From Bacteroidota bacterium (lineage in GTDB: Bacteria; Bacteroidota; Bacteroidia; AKYH767-A; 2013-40CM-41-45): 64,000 bases of DNA. The position numbers and the translations under genes are program-made. Below are positions 9,302-19,538 of this stretch, piece after piece. The notes beneath the pieces were generated by a model, which was not told the origin of the DNA, made no database searches, and worked only from the letters and a program-made list of their open reading frames with translations. The stretch covers positions 1,491-65,490 of the forward strand of contig JANOVM010000024.1 in NCBI GenBank assembly GCA_031417395.1, written 5' to 3'. How positions within the stretch are numbered: position 1 is the stretch's first letter; the number at the start of each line of letters is the position of its first letter.

Positions 9302-11983
9302 ATGAAAATGGTCATCGGTTCAGAAATTATTATAAAGCGAAATTTCTTTAATGCTCTTCACAGCTTTCTTCTAAGTTCTTTAACTGTATTCTTTTTATCA
9401 GCCTTTATAAGTAATGATATTTTGGCTGCAACAGATTACAGATCTATAAATTCAGGAAACTGGAATAGTACTAGCACCTGGGAGTCATTCAACGGTACAA
9501 GTTGGGTTGCTGCTTCATCAACTCCTACAAATAGTAATGGTGTAATATCAATTCGGACCGGAAATACAGTAACGGTAAGCGCAAATGTAACAGCGGATGA
9601 AATAACTATTGATGCAGGAGGTACACTGACAATTTCCTCGGGTAAGACTCTTACAGTCGCAAACAATACATCCGGAGTTGATCTTACTGTAAACGGTACC
9701 TTGACAATTTTTGGTACAATGACAAATCAGGGAAGTTCATCAACAATTATCTCAGGATTGGTAATATTAAAATCCGGCGGAACAAACAACTATGCCGGTA
9801 GTTCAAATATAACCATAAATTCAGGCGGAAGATATTGCAGTGAAGATAATGGCTTCACTACTTCTGCAAACATTTGGGTCATAAATTCCGGAGGTGTGTA
9901 TCAGCATAATGTCGATGGTGGAAGTATTCCTCAGGCTACCTGGAATACCAATTCATCTTGTGAAGTAACAGGTATTGTAAGTACTAAGCCGGGAAACTTA
10001 GATCAATCATTTTATAATTTTACATGGAATTCAACCGGCCAGACTTCTGTAGAAAACCTGAGTGGTAAATTAGAAAATATTTCGGGTGATTTTTATTGCA
10101 TCTCTACCGGAACAGGTAAAATACGATTAAGTCAAATTGAAAATTATACCATGAATATAGGCGGTAATTATTACCATCAGGGTGGAACTCTATTTGCAAC
10201 AACAAAATCGACTTCGTGTTTTATTAATATCTCAGGAAACTTTATTCAAACAAGTGGTACCTTCGCCGGAACAGATGTTAACCAGTATAGCGGTCAGGGT
10301 AGCCCTGAAATGAATGTATATGGCGATTTTTCCATTTCATCAGGCACTTTTGATATGAGTCAATATACAAGCAATACTTCTAATAATGGAATAATGAATC
10401 TCAATCTCTTTGGCAATTTAATACAATCCGGAGGGACAATTACTGAAACAGCCACAAATACTGGAGAAGGAAATATATACTTTGCTAAAACCGGCATTCA
10501 ATATTTTACAAAAACCGGTGGAAACATAAACAACCTGGTACATTGTTTAATTAATAGTGGTTCAACCGTTGAAATGGGCACCAGTATATTCACGGGTTCA
10601 GGTAATTTCACGCTTTTAAGTGGAGGTGGATTAAATATGGGTTCTGCCGATGGAATTACAGCTTCCGCCTCAATTGGAAATGTGCAGGCAACCGGAACCC
10701 GCTCATATAGTTCAGGTGCTAATTATACATACAATGGAACAGTTGCACAGGTTACCGGAAACGGTTTACCTTCAACAATACAAAACCTTACCATTAATAA
10801 TTCAGCCGGTGTTGCATTAACTTCTAATGTATCCGTTAGTGGAACATTATTTCTTACCTCAGGAAATGTAACAACTTCAACAAATACACTCATTCTGGGT
10901 ACTTCAACAGCAACGCTTGGCAGTTTGTCAAGAACATCGGGTCATATTGTTGGAGCATTTAAGAGATGGATCGCTGCTGCTGCCACAAGTAATATATTAT
11001 TTCCTGTTGGAACAACAACCGATTATAAAAGTATTAATTATAGTTTTACAACTGCTCCTTCTTCCGGAGGTTCTATTACTGTTACATTTGATAATAGTTT
11101 TTTAGGTGCTAAACAATTGAATTTGATAGATGGAACTGATACCATTCAAAATGCCGGCATGGGTTTATGGAACACTTCTTCAGCGAATGGCTTAAGCGGA
11201 GGTGTTTTTAATATCGATTTAACTGCAACAAATTTGCCGGGTGTATCTAACTATACGGCTTTACGACTAATTTCAAGAACTAATTCTTCATCATATTGGA
11301 GTACCCAGGGAAGTCATAGTGCAGCGACAGGCTCCAATTCCACACCAATTGTTCACCGTACAGGTCTAACTTCACTTGTGCAGTTTGGAGTTGGTTCTCC
11401 GGCAGCAAATACACTTCCCATTCAACTGGTAAGTTTTAAAGCTATTGTTGATGGAGATAAAGTTGGGTTAAGCTGGACAACATCATCGGAAATTAACAAT
11501 GAATATTTTACTGTTGAAAGATCATCCGATGGAATTCATTTTGAAGAATTACTTCGTAAATCGGGTGCAGGTAACAGCACAATAACAATAAATTATTATG
11601 ATTTTGATAATAATCCTTTGCCGGGTTACAATTATTACAGACTGGGACAAACTGATTTTGATGGTAAAGGCACGTTCTCGACTATTAGAGTTGTAAACTA
11701 TACACAACATAAAGTGGAAGCACAATCTTTATGTATTGTAAATGTTGGGCCGAATCCTTTCAACGATAATCTGAAAATTAATGTTAAAAGTAATTTGGAA
11801 GAAAAAGCTGAAGTAAGAATCTTTGATATTAATTCCCGATTGATCTATTCCGAAAAAATAAATGTTTTACCGGGTGAAAACACTTTTCAAATTAATATTG
11901 AAAATAATTATTTACCGGGTGTTTATTTCTTCAATCTGATTCATAGTGGGTTTACGAACTCAATAAAATTGATTAGACAATAA
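9302..11983 (+). CDS. T9SS-secreted G/S/T/N-rich beta-solenoid-like surface protein with type A CTD
   Basis: Signal peptide; DYRSINSGNW..TW N-terminal motif; LPIQLVSF..WTTSSEINN Ig domain; PNPF...GVYF...KLIRQ CTD. Confidence 0.85.
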   Translation: MKMVIGSEIIIKRNFFNALHSFLLSSLTVFFLSAFISNDILAATDYRSINSGNWNSTSTWESFNGTSWVAASSTPTNSNGVISIRTGNTVTVSANVTADEITIDAGGTLTISSGKTLTVANNTSGVDLTVNGTLTIFGTMTNQGSSSTIISGLVILKSGGTNNYAGSSNITINSGGRYCSEDNGFTTSANIWVINSGGVYQHNVDGGSIPQATWNTNSSCEVTGIVSTKPGNLDQSFYNFTWNSTGQTSVENLSGKLENISGDFYCISTGTGKIRLSQIENYTMNIGGNYYHQGGTLFATTKSTSCFINISGNFIQTSGTFAGTDVNQYSGQGSPEMNVYGDFSISSGTFDMSQYTSNTSNNGIMNLNLFGNLIQSGGTITETATNTGEGNIYFAKTGIQYFTKTGGNINNLVHCLINSGSTVEMGTSIFTGSGNFTLLSGGGLNMGSADGITASASIGNVQATGTRSYSSGANYTYNGTVAQVTGNGLPSTIQNLTINNSAGVALTSNVSVSGTLFLTSGNVTTSTNTLILGTSTATLGSLSRTSGHIVGAFKRWIAAAATSNILFPVGTTTDYKSINYSFTTAPSSGGSITVTFDNSFLGAKQLNLIDGTDTIQNAGMGLWNTSSANGLSGGVFNIDLTATNLPGVSNYTALRLISRTNSSSYWSTQGSHSAATGSNSTPIVHRTGLTSLVQFGVGSPAANTLPIQLVSFKAIVDGDKVGLSWTTSSEINNEYFTVERSSDGIHFEELLRKSGAGNSTITINYYDFDNNPLPGYNYYRLGQTDFDGKGTFSTIRVVNYTQHKVEAQSLCIVNVGPNPFNDNLKINVKSNLEEKAEVRIFDINSRLIYSEKINVLPGENTFQINIENNYLPGVYFFNLIHSGFTNSIKLIRQ

Positions 11984-12491
11984 ATAATTTCCATTGCATT
12001 AATATAATTATAATAACAAATAATAAAATTTCTATTTACAATCTTAGCTCATTATTTATGATAATTATATTTCTTTTATTAAAAATATCACTCGTAGTTT
12101 TAGTTTTACGAATTGAAATTCTTTCTCAAAAAAGGGTTTTAAAAACATACTCCGGAAAATTGAAATGAGGCAACGATGAAAATGGATTCTATTGATGCTA
12201 TTTTGAAAAATCAATTTCTTATTTTGCTTGATTTAACAGCTTTTTTTTGATATTGTAATAAGTAAGAAATACGTTACTTTCATATTTTTTTAAAATAGTA
12301 AGATAAATTCAATTAGAAAAACGCTCGTTCTTGCATTAGTAAATTAATTTCAAAAGTTCTGTTTTAAGAATTCAGACTTATTTTTCTCTTATAAATGGAT
12401 GTTTTGTTGAAGGTTACATAGATTGGTATCCTGAATTTAGCAAATTTTTATTTAAGATCTTACAGATACAGACTTTTTTCCTATTTGTTTC

Positions 12492-12521
12492 AACACTGCA
12501 AAATGATAATAGTATAAGAAA
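12492..12521 (+). promoter_or_regulatory. Putative ECF-sigma promoter, copy 1
   Basis: AACA-N14-TAGTATAAGAAA; the same elements and spacing recur at 14875-14904. Confidence 0.55.
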
Positions 12522-12555
12522 AGGTTATAATGAATACTGTTAAAGATTAACAAAA

Positions 12556-14565
12556 ATGAAACAAAGAAAATCCAGAATTGCTTTACTCACCAATTTGAAA
12601 ATGACTTTCAGATTACGGTTGATTTTACCTGTAGTTTCTATAGGACTTTTAGTGTACTTTTTTCTTTATTTTAATGTGGGAACTCCGAAAATAGCTAAAG
12701 CAGGAACTGAATCACTTTCTTCAGGTTCCTATATTATAAACATGGGAGTATCCCCTCAAACATACAATAACGGTTTGAAGCCTTATGGTATGGTGTATGA
12801 TTTGATGGTAAATTATAAAGTTCCGGTGAAATGGATTATAGACCCTACTAAATCAAAAGATGGTACTGATTTTATTTATTCCGGTACATCCTATAAAGGA
12901 GGACCATTTATTATACCCGCTGAATATATTAATTCAACCATTACCGGCAGAATATCTTATTGGGCATCTCAGGGAGTTTCCGGTTTATATACAACAACTG
13001 CTATTAGCGTTCCGGTTTATGCAACACTAACAAATTTTCCACGCATAATAATCGATACAGTTTCAAAAAACGAAAACATTATTACCAATTACTTTGGTAA
13101 TGCTTTAATTCCTTCAAGTGCTTATACTAAAGGCTCTCCATCATTTCTTACTCTGTGTCATGATTTATGGATTAATCCCCACGGCGATCCTAACTGGACT
13201 ACTCATGGTTATCTTTATGACCTGGTAACAGTGGCGAAGAGCTTTGTTTGGATTCAATGCCACGCTGTAAGTGTGACAGAGGGTATTGCTAATTCGTCTT
13301 CTCCATTTCAGAAACTTAATTTTTTAACTACTAACGGACTTAAGTGTTATAGTAATAGTAAATGTGGTTCAGGAGTTACAGAAACGCATACAGGAAATTC
13401 TTCGGCACCTTATACCCTTTTTTATCCTACTGATCCCGTAATGCAATTTATTGGGACTATGGATGGTGCTTGTAGTGGCGGATCAGAAAAATGGTTTCAG
13501 CCCCAATCAACCGGAAGCTGGAGAAGTACAACGAAAAGACTGGTTACTACTGCAACAGGAACGTCTCCCAATGAAGGTGTACTAATGGTATACGGTCCTG
13601 CCTATGGTGATACAACTAATGGATATGTTATGTATGAAGGTGGACATAACATCGACGGTAATGGAACTACCGCTGAAAAGGTTTCCGCGCAAAGAGCTTT
13701 TTTTAATTTCGTTTTACTTGCCGGAACTAAAAAGCAATTGGCTATCGACAATGTTGTGACACCATCTACTATTTACTCTCAGGAATCAAAGGCAGTATCA
13801 TTAAGTGTTTCCGGTGGTACTCCCGGTTATACGTTTACCTGGAGCTGTTCCCTGGGAGGGACATTTACTAATAATCGTAATGCTTCCACAACATTTAGGG
13901 CACCTACAGTAAATGTTACTACTTCAGGTGTCATAACATGTACTGTTGTTGATAATTGCTCGAGACAAAATTTCATTTCTCGCCCTATTACAATATATTC
14001 AACACTGCCAATTTCTTTGAAATCATTTTATGGTAAATTTAAAGAGGATAAAGTAGAACTCAACTGGATTGTAGCGTCAGAGGTGAATAACGATTACTTT
14101 TCCCTGGAACGTAGTTTTGATGGAGTTAATTATACCGAAATCGGAAGGGTTGCCGGGTCTAAGAACAGTGTGACAGATAAAAGATATGATTTTATTGATT
14201 ATTCACCCGGTGACAATAAAAATTATTACCGTTTAAAACAAACCGATTTTGATGGGAATTCAAAAACGTTTGATCCGATTTTTATTAAAGGGTATAGTTT
14301 TGGAAATAAAAAGAGTAAAACGGTTTACCTTCCAAACCCATTTACGGATAAGTTTGACATTGATTATTATTCTGACATATCAACTACCATTGATTTCACG
14401 CTGATGGATCGCTCCGGAAATATTGTCCGTAAACAATCTATTGTTTGTAAGCAGGGATTAAATAATTTTCAATTCAATGACCTGACTGATCTTTCGCAAG
14501 GTATTTATTATGCTGTTTTTAACCGGAACGAAGAGAGAGAAATAATAAGGTTGTTAAAGTACTAA
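12556..14565 (+). CDS. T9SS-secreted protein with long basic/hydrophobic leader, unknown N-terminal domain, PKD-like domain and type A CTD
   Basis: LPISLKSF..WIVASEVNN..YYRLKQTDFDG Ig domain; PNPF..GIYY CTD. Confidence 0.82.
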   Translation: MKQRKSRIALLTNLKMTFRLRLILPVVSIGLLVYFFLYFNVGTPKIAKAGTESLSSGSYIINMGVSPQTYNNGLKPYGMVYDLMVNYKVPVKWIIDPTKSKDGTDFIYSGTSYKGGPFIIPAEYINSTITGRISYWASQGVSGLYTTTAISVPVYATLTNFPRIIIDTVSKNENIITNYFGNALIPSSAYTKGSPSFLTLCHDLWINPHGDPNWTTHGYLYDLVTVAKSFVWIQCHAVSVTEGIANSSSPFQKLNFLTTNGLKCYSNSKCGSGVTETHTGNSSAPYTLFYPTDPVMQFIGTMDGACSGGSEKWFQPQSTGSWRSTTKRLVTTATGTSPNEGVLMVYGPAYGDTTNGYVMYEGGHNIDGNGTTAEKVSAQRAFFNFVLLAGTKKQLAIDNVVTPSTIYSQESKAVSLSVSGGTPGYTFTWSCSLGGTFTNNRNASTTFRAPTVNVTTSGVITCTVVDNCSRQNFISRPITIYSTLPISLKSFYGKFKEDKVELNWIVASEVNNDYFSLERSFDGVNYTEIGRVAGSKNSVTDKRYDFIDYSPGDNKNYYRLKQTDFDGNSKTFDPIFIKGYSFGNKKSKTVYLPNPFTDKFDIDYYSDISTTIDFTLMDRSGNIVRKQSIVCKQGLNNFQFNDLTDLSQGIYYAVFNRNEEREIIRLLKY

Positions 14566-14709
14566 AACTTTCTGTTGTATTCCTTTAAAGGCATTGATGT
14601 AATCTTCTGCCTAAAAAACATTACAATTTACTTTTCTTATTTGTTTTAATAAGACAGATATTTTTTCTCATGGTATATAAAATATGACGAAAATATTTCA
14701 ATAATTAGT

Positions 14710-14842
14710 TAATTCTTACAATGTAGTATTAGTTGAATATGCGTCAGATGGTCATTCTTATTTGACTTTGTATAATTCTGAATTAATAGTCAATAATTCT
14801 GTTAAGCCTTTGATTAATTCTCTTTCAATTTTCACAAAATCT
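14710..14842 (+). promoter_or_regulatory. 21-bp-phased TAATTCT repeat array upstream of the small ORF
   Basis: TAATTCT at 14710, 14773, 14794 and 14815; TCATTCT at 14752; AAAATCT at 14836. All lie in the same 21-bp register. Confidence 0.55.
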
Positions 14843-14874
14843 TACTTTTTGCCGATTTCTCGCTTTTATATTTA

Positions 14875-14904
14875 AACAACACAAAGTATTGGTAGTATAA
14901 GAAA
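14875..14904 (+). promoter_or_regulatory. Putative ECF-sigma promoter, copy 2
   Basis: AACA-N14-TAGTATAAGAAA. Confidence 0.55.
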
Positions 14905-14968
14905 GTAATGTAATCTGTGATAGAATTAAAACACAGGCAATGTTTCCATTAATTCAAAACTTAATCAT

Positions 14969-15160
14969 ATGCGTTTAAAGCAAACACAAAGAGTCAGACA
15001 AACCCAACAATATAGAATGGTGTTGAGGAATTTTTTTGTAATGGTTTCTTCTGTAATTGTATTAACTTCTCTTGCTTTGGTTATGCTTATTACCGCCGGT
15101 AATAATACCCGGTCATTAGCTGCTCAGACTAAAATATTGGTTGACAATAAAAGCAAATAA
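14969..15160 (+). CDS. Small single-pass membrane / signal-peptide-like protein (63 aa)
   Basis: Basic N-terminus, one hydrophobic helix, an SLA-A cleavage-like site, and its own promoter-like motif. Confidence 0.55.
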   Translation: MRLKQTQRVRQTQQYRMVLRNFFVMVSSVIVLTSLALVMLITAGNNTRSLAAQTKILVDNKSK

Positions 15161-15225
15161 TAATGAATTTTAAGAAAGCTGAAGTGAAAACATTACATCA
15201 GTCAAAATTATTTGAATTTATGTAA

Positions 15226-16527
15226 ATGAAATCAAATAGGAAATACTTTAAGAATTTCTTATTAAAACATTCGCTTGTTTTAAGCGTACGGTACGTTTTT
15301 CAAATCACAACAATTCTTCTATATAATTTTTCTTCATCATTCGCTTTTGTAAACGGCGATTTTCGATCTTCTGTCAGTGGTAATTGGAATGATCCTTCAC
15401 ACTGGGAGGTTTACAAGGACTCGCTTTGGGTTACAGCTTCAGATTTCCCAACCTATAAGGATGGAGAAATTACAATTCGCCCGGGAAATTATATAAACGT
15501 TAATGAAAATGTTTGTATTGATCAGTTAAGAATTTCCGGCGGTGGACAACTTCAAATTAATGAGTCAAAAGTGCTCTGCGTTAAAAATGGCAATGGTGCA
15601 GATTTGTATGTCGAAGGAACATTATTTATTAATGGCACACTTTCAGGTATCAATTCTTCAGAAATAGTTATTTCCGGTATGGTTTTAGTCAAACCTATCG
15701 GAAGGAATATCTTTGAAAGTGGCAGCCAACTTTCAATTGTTGAAAATGGCTTAATTCATTATATGGATAAATGGGACGAAGACATTTCCTTTTCCTCAAT
15801 TATTTTCCGGCAGTCTAATACAGTTTTTACTCCTGATAACTTTGTAACTGACGTTTCAAATGATTTGCTTGTAATGAATGCTGATGATAATTTAATCAGC
15901 TTTTCTTCTATGGAAGAGGTAAATATTAATGACAGAAATGATTCAACGATTGATAATGTATTTTGTAATTGTTCTGATTTTACAGTTAAATTAGTAGACT
16001 TAGTAATCGAATTAAACTGGAAAATAGATTCGAAATGCAAGAGCGACCAGTGTGTACTTGAACGTAGTTCAGATGGTGTTCATTTTTTTGAAATAAATGC
16101 ATCCATAAAAATGGATTTTCAATCTGATCTTAAAGTATATAAATCAATTGATATTAACCCGGTAGCAGGAAATAATTTTTACAGGATTAAGTTTTCTAAA
16201 AACGAAAATGAAAATTACTATTCTGATGTAGAGGTTATAAATTTTAAACCGGCTTCTGAATACGGTGATGAGTTGAAAATTGTATCTTTATTGGAGAACC
16301 CATTTACCAGAAATTTTGAACTTGATTTTGTTGTTCCCGAAGGAGGGGAGGTGGATCTTGCATTACTTAACTCATCCGGTAAAAGAGTTTGTTATGATAA
16401 AATAAATGTATCTAATGGTTTAAATTCCTATGAATTTTTTAAAAAGCTTGGTCGTAAAAACGGAATATCTTTTGTTACCATTTCAAGGGATGATCAAATG
16501 GTACTTGAACGGGTTCTGAAATATTGA
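15226..16527 (+). CDS. Shortened, diverged paralogue of the 9302 protein with degenerate T9SS CTD
   Basis: DFRSSVSGNW..W..W vs DYRSINSGNW..W..W; DLYVEGTL vs DLTVNGTL; ERSSDGVHF vs ERSSDGIHF; ENPF CTD start. Confidence 0.75.
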   Translation: MKSNRKYFKNFLLKHSLVLSVRYVFQITTILLYNFSSSFAFVNGDFRSSVSGNWNDPSHWEVYKDSLWVTASDFPTYKDGEITIRPGNYINVNENVCIDQLRISGGGQLQINESKVLCVKNGNGADLYVEGTLFINGTLSGINSSEIVISGMVLVKPIGRNIFESGSQLSIVENGLIHYMDKWDEDISFSSIIFRQSNTVFTPDNFVTDVSNDLLVMNADDNLISFSSMEEVNINDRNDSTIDNVFCNCSDFTVKLVDLVIELNWKIDSKCKSDQCVLERSSDGVHFFEINASIKMDFQSDLKVYKSIDINPVAGNNFYRIKFSKNENENYYSDVEVINFKPASEYGDELKIVSLLENPFTRNFELDFVVPEGGEVDLALLNSSGKRVCYDKINVSNGLNSYEFFKKLGRKNGISFVTISRDDQMVLERVLKY

Positions 16528-16685
16528 ATTTTTACCATTACAATATTTGTTCAGATTGTGCAGCAATCAACAAAGAATGAAATTTAGATATTTTTCTAAT
16601 TTATTGAATTCTTTATTGAGTCAATGAAATTTTAATATCATATTTTGATTTTTATTGAAGACATTTTATAATTTAGCGTCTGTCA

Positions 16686-18023
16686 ATGAAAACCTTTGCA
16701 ATTGTCGATATTGAAACAACAGGTTCTTATGCCGGTGCTAATTCCATTACGGAAATTGCTATCGTCCTTCATAATGGACAAAAGGTAATTGATTCATTTC
16801 AATCACTGGTTAATCCTGAAACTTTTATTTCTCCTTACATTTCACGCTTAACAGGTATTACCAATGCAATGCTTGCTGATGCTCCTCGTTTTCACGAAAT
16901 TGCCAAGAAAATCTGGACGTTAACGGAAGGGGCAACATTCGTAGCTCACTCTGTTAATTTTGATTACTCATTCATTCGTGAAGCCTTTAAAAGCCTGGGG
17001 GCTGATTTTAAAAGGCCTAAACTTTGTACTGTGCGTTTAAGCAGAAAAATATTTCCCGGCCATTCTTCCTATAGTCTCGGCAGCATTTGCACAAGTCTTG
17101 GCATTGAAATTAAAAACCGCCACCGTGCCATGGGTGACGCTGAAGCAACTGTTAAACTATTTGAATTATGTTTGCAGAACGATACTACCGACTATCTGAA
17201 AAAATCCCTAAACCGCAACTCCAGAGAGGCTCTTTTACCGCCCAATCTTCCTGCCGATGTTTTTAACCACCTTCCTGAAAAAACCGGAGTTTATTATTTT
17301 CATAATGACAAAGGCGATATTATTTATGTAGGCAAAGCTATTAACATAAAGAAAAGAATTCTTTCTCACTTTTCCGGAAAAGGCCCAAGTCGTTTAGCTT
17401 TTATTTCATCCATTGCAAATATAACTCATACAATCTGCGGAACAGAGTTAATTGCTCTATTACTTGAATCAAATGAAATTAAGCGATTGTACCCGATTTA
17501 CAATCAGGCTCAGAAGTTTGAGCGTAATAATTATATACTTACCGATTATATTGATCAGCGCGGCATTCATCACCTGGTTTTTGCCAGGAATAATAAGCAG
17601 CTAAAACCCATAACCCATTTCAGAAGCTTTGATGCTGCCCGGGAATTTATTTTTGGTCTAATTAAGGATTATCATCTTTGCCCGCGCTATTGCGGTATAC
17701 AGTCAAGTTCGGGACCATGCCTTGATTTTGGAATGGGAAAGTGTAAAGGAATTTGCGCCGGCAAAGAAAGTGTCGATGAATACAATAAGCGTGTTAAAGC
17801 TGCTATCCGTAAAATAAATAAGAAACTTCAAACAAATATTATTATTGGTGAGGGAAGAAGCATGAACGAGAAATCAGTTGTACTGATTGAACAAGGAGTA
17901 TATAAAGGATTTGGATATTTTGCCGAAAATCTTGAAGTAGATTCATTGGAAAAGGCAAAGGAAATTATAGATCCTTTTAAACATAATCCTGATGTGCAGC
18001 GCATCCTCGACAGATGGGTTTAA
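16686..18023 (+). CDS. DEDDh 3'-5' exonuclease (DnaQ-like) fused to a GIY-YIG (UvrC/Cho-like) nuclease
   Basis: VDIETTG, AHSVNFD and HRAMGDA Exo motifs; GVYYF..IIYVGKA..R GIY-YIG; Cys cluster. Confidence 0.9.
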   Translation: MKTFAIVDIETTGSYAGANSITEIAIVLHNGQKVIDSFQSLVNPETFISPYISRLTGITNAMLADAPRFHEIAKKIWTLTEGATFVAHSVNFDYSFIREAFKSLGADFKRPKLCTVRLSRKIFPGHSSYSLGSICTSLGIEIKNRHRAMGDAEATVKLFELCLQNDTTDYLKKSLNRNSREALLPPNLPADVFNHLPEKTGVYYFHNDKGDIIYVGKAINIKKRILSHFSGKGPSRLAFISSIANITHTICGTELIALLLESNEIKRLYPIYNQAQKFERNNYILTDYIDQRGIHHLVFARNNKQLKPITHFRSFDAAREFIFGLIKDYHLCPRYCGIQSSSGPCLDFGMGKCKGICAGKESVDEYNKRVKAAIRKINKKLQTNIIIGEGRSMNEKSVVLIEQGVYKGFGYFAENLEVDSLEKAKEIIDPFKHNPDVQRILDRWV

Positions 18024-18068
18024 TAAAACAAGAGAAATCTTAAAAAACAATCAAGGGATTTTCTAACA

Positions 18069-19538
18069 TTAATTTTGCCTGTAAATTTCAAAAGCTTTAT
18101 TCTCCCAAATATTTTCATAATGTTCTTTGTGAATTCTTAAAAGATTCTCCAGCCCCGAATCTTTTAAATTGGAACCTGAATTGTTTTTAGGAGCGACTAG
18201 ATAAATTGATTTATAATGTTGAAACTGGTCAAAAGTCTTTTCCGGCGATTGATCCCTGATTGTATATAAAACTTTCCTGCCTGTATATAAAGAAAATGCT
18301 CTTGCTCTGCAAAAAACAAAAATGGAATTTGATGGCAGCGTTTTTATAAAGGTAAACATTTCCCGGGATGTTTCCTTTTGTGGCCCGTCTTCAATTTCTT
18401 TTTGATGATTTAAGATGTTCCAAACCGGACTCGCACACGCCAGTATCATTAGAAGGTAGATTGAAGTTAAAATTAAATTAGTTTTTCTTCCTAATGGGGT
18501 AAAAACAAATTTTAAAAAATATCCCAAATAAAAAATAAACAAGGGTAATATTGGCAGTAAAAATCTGGCACCACCGTCGCCATAAGGATAAAAAAGTATA
18601 ACCGCTAAATAAATTGGAAATACATATTCGGATAATGAGCCGGATTGAATACTTTTTATAAGCCAGCCGCATAAAGCAAGGAGTATCCAAACTGCCGGTA
18701 TCCACGTACCGAAAAAGGGAAAAATATATTGAGAAACTGAATAATAGAGTGTAATGTTTTTTAGGAAAAGTAAATCATGTGTTTGAAAGGAATTAAAATA
18801 AAAGCTCGCCAAATGGCCAGGACCAATAGGGAATAATAGTTTATTTAGAAGTATAAAAAGCAGAAAGGCGAGTGCTATTGATAAGATTAACCGGAATAAA
18901 TTGTTTTGCCGGTTATTGTTTTTTAGCATTTGATTTAAACCATAAAAAACAAAACCGATAATTGCTGCAAAGCCGGCAAGTCTTAGTGAAATTAGAAAAG
19001 CGAGAAGGATAGCAGTAACTATTAATGCATATTTCTTTTTATAATGAACAGACTCTGCCCATACAAATAATAACATCAATATACACGTAAATGGGATTTC
19101 AGATAAAATCTGTTTCTTTAATTCAAGTATTTGGAAGTTGTAACAGAAAATTAAGGCTAGAAAAACAGAAAAGATAAGTGAAGTTTTCTTTCTGAAGTAT
19201 TCGAAACAAATTATTCCTGTAATAAAGAGTGCAAATGAAAAAAAGACACAATAAGCTTGAATATCCAGTTTTGCAAAATAGTAAACCGGGGCAATTAATA
19301 AAGGAAGTCCGATGGGATATGCTGCTATAGCATAAGCAGGAGTGTTTGAATCAAACAATAAGCCATTTTCAGTCTGGGGCTTTTTTTCAATAATATTTTT
19401 TGCCTGAATAAGATATTGTGCGAAGTCATCTCCCCAATCGTGCGAGTCTTTTACATTGATGAAAAATAAAGGTAATAGAAGTAAAGCAAGAAGAATTCTG
19501 TACTTCTTTACATTTGTCTTAGCCTTTATCATAATCAA
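18069..19538 (-). CDS. Polytopic GT-C fold (ArnT/PMT-like) glycosyltransferase
   Basis: DWGDDFAQY after TM1, YPIGLPL, LSEIPF, RFLLP; many TM helices. Confidence 0.7.
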   Translation of the reverse strand: MIMIKAKTNVKKYRILLALLLLPLFFINVKDSHDWGDDFAQYLIQAKNIIEKKPQTENGLLFDSNTPAYAIAAYPIGLPLLIAPVYYFAKLDIQAYCVFFSFALFITGIICFEYFRKKTSLIFSVFLALIFCYNFQILELKKQILSEIPFTCILMLLFVWAESVHYKKKYALIVTAILLAFLISLRLAGFAAIIGFVFYGLNQMLKNNNRQNNLFRLILSIALAFLLFILLNKLLFPIGPGHLASFYFNSFQTHDLLFLKNITLYYSVSQYIFPFFGTWIPAVWILLALCGWLIKSIQSGSLSEYVFPIYLAVILFYPYGDGGARFLLPILPLFIFYLGYFLKFVFTPLGRKTNLILTSIYLLMILACASPVWNILNHQKEIEDGPQKETSREMFTFIKTLPSNSIFVFCRARAFSLYTGRKVLYTIRDQSPEKTFDQFQHYKSIYLVAPKNNSGSNLKDSGLENLLRIHKEHYENIWENKAFEIYRQN

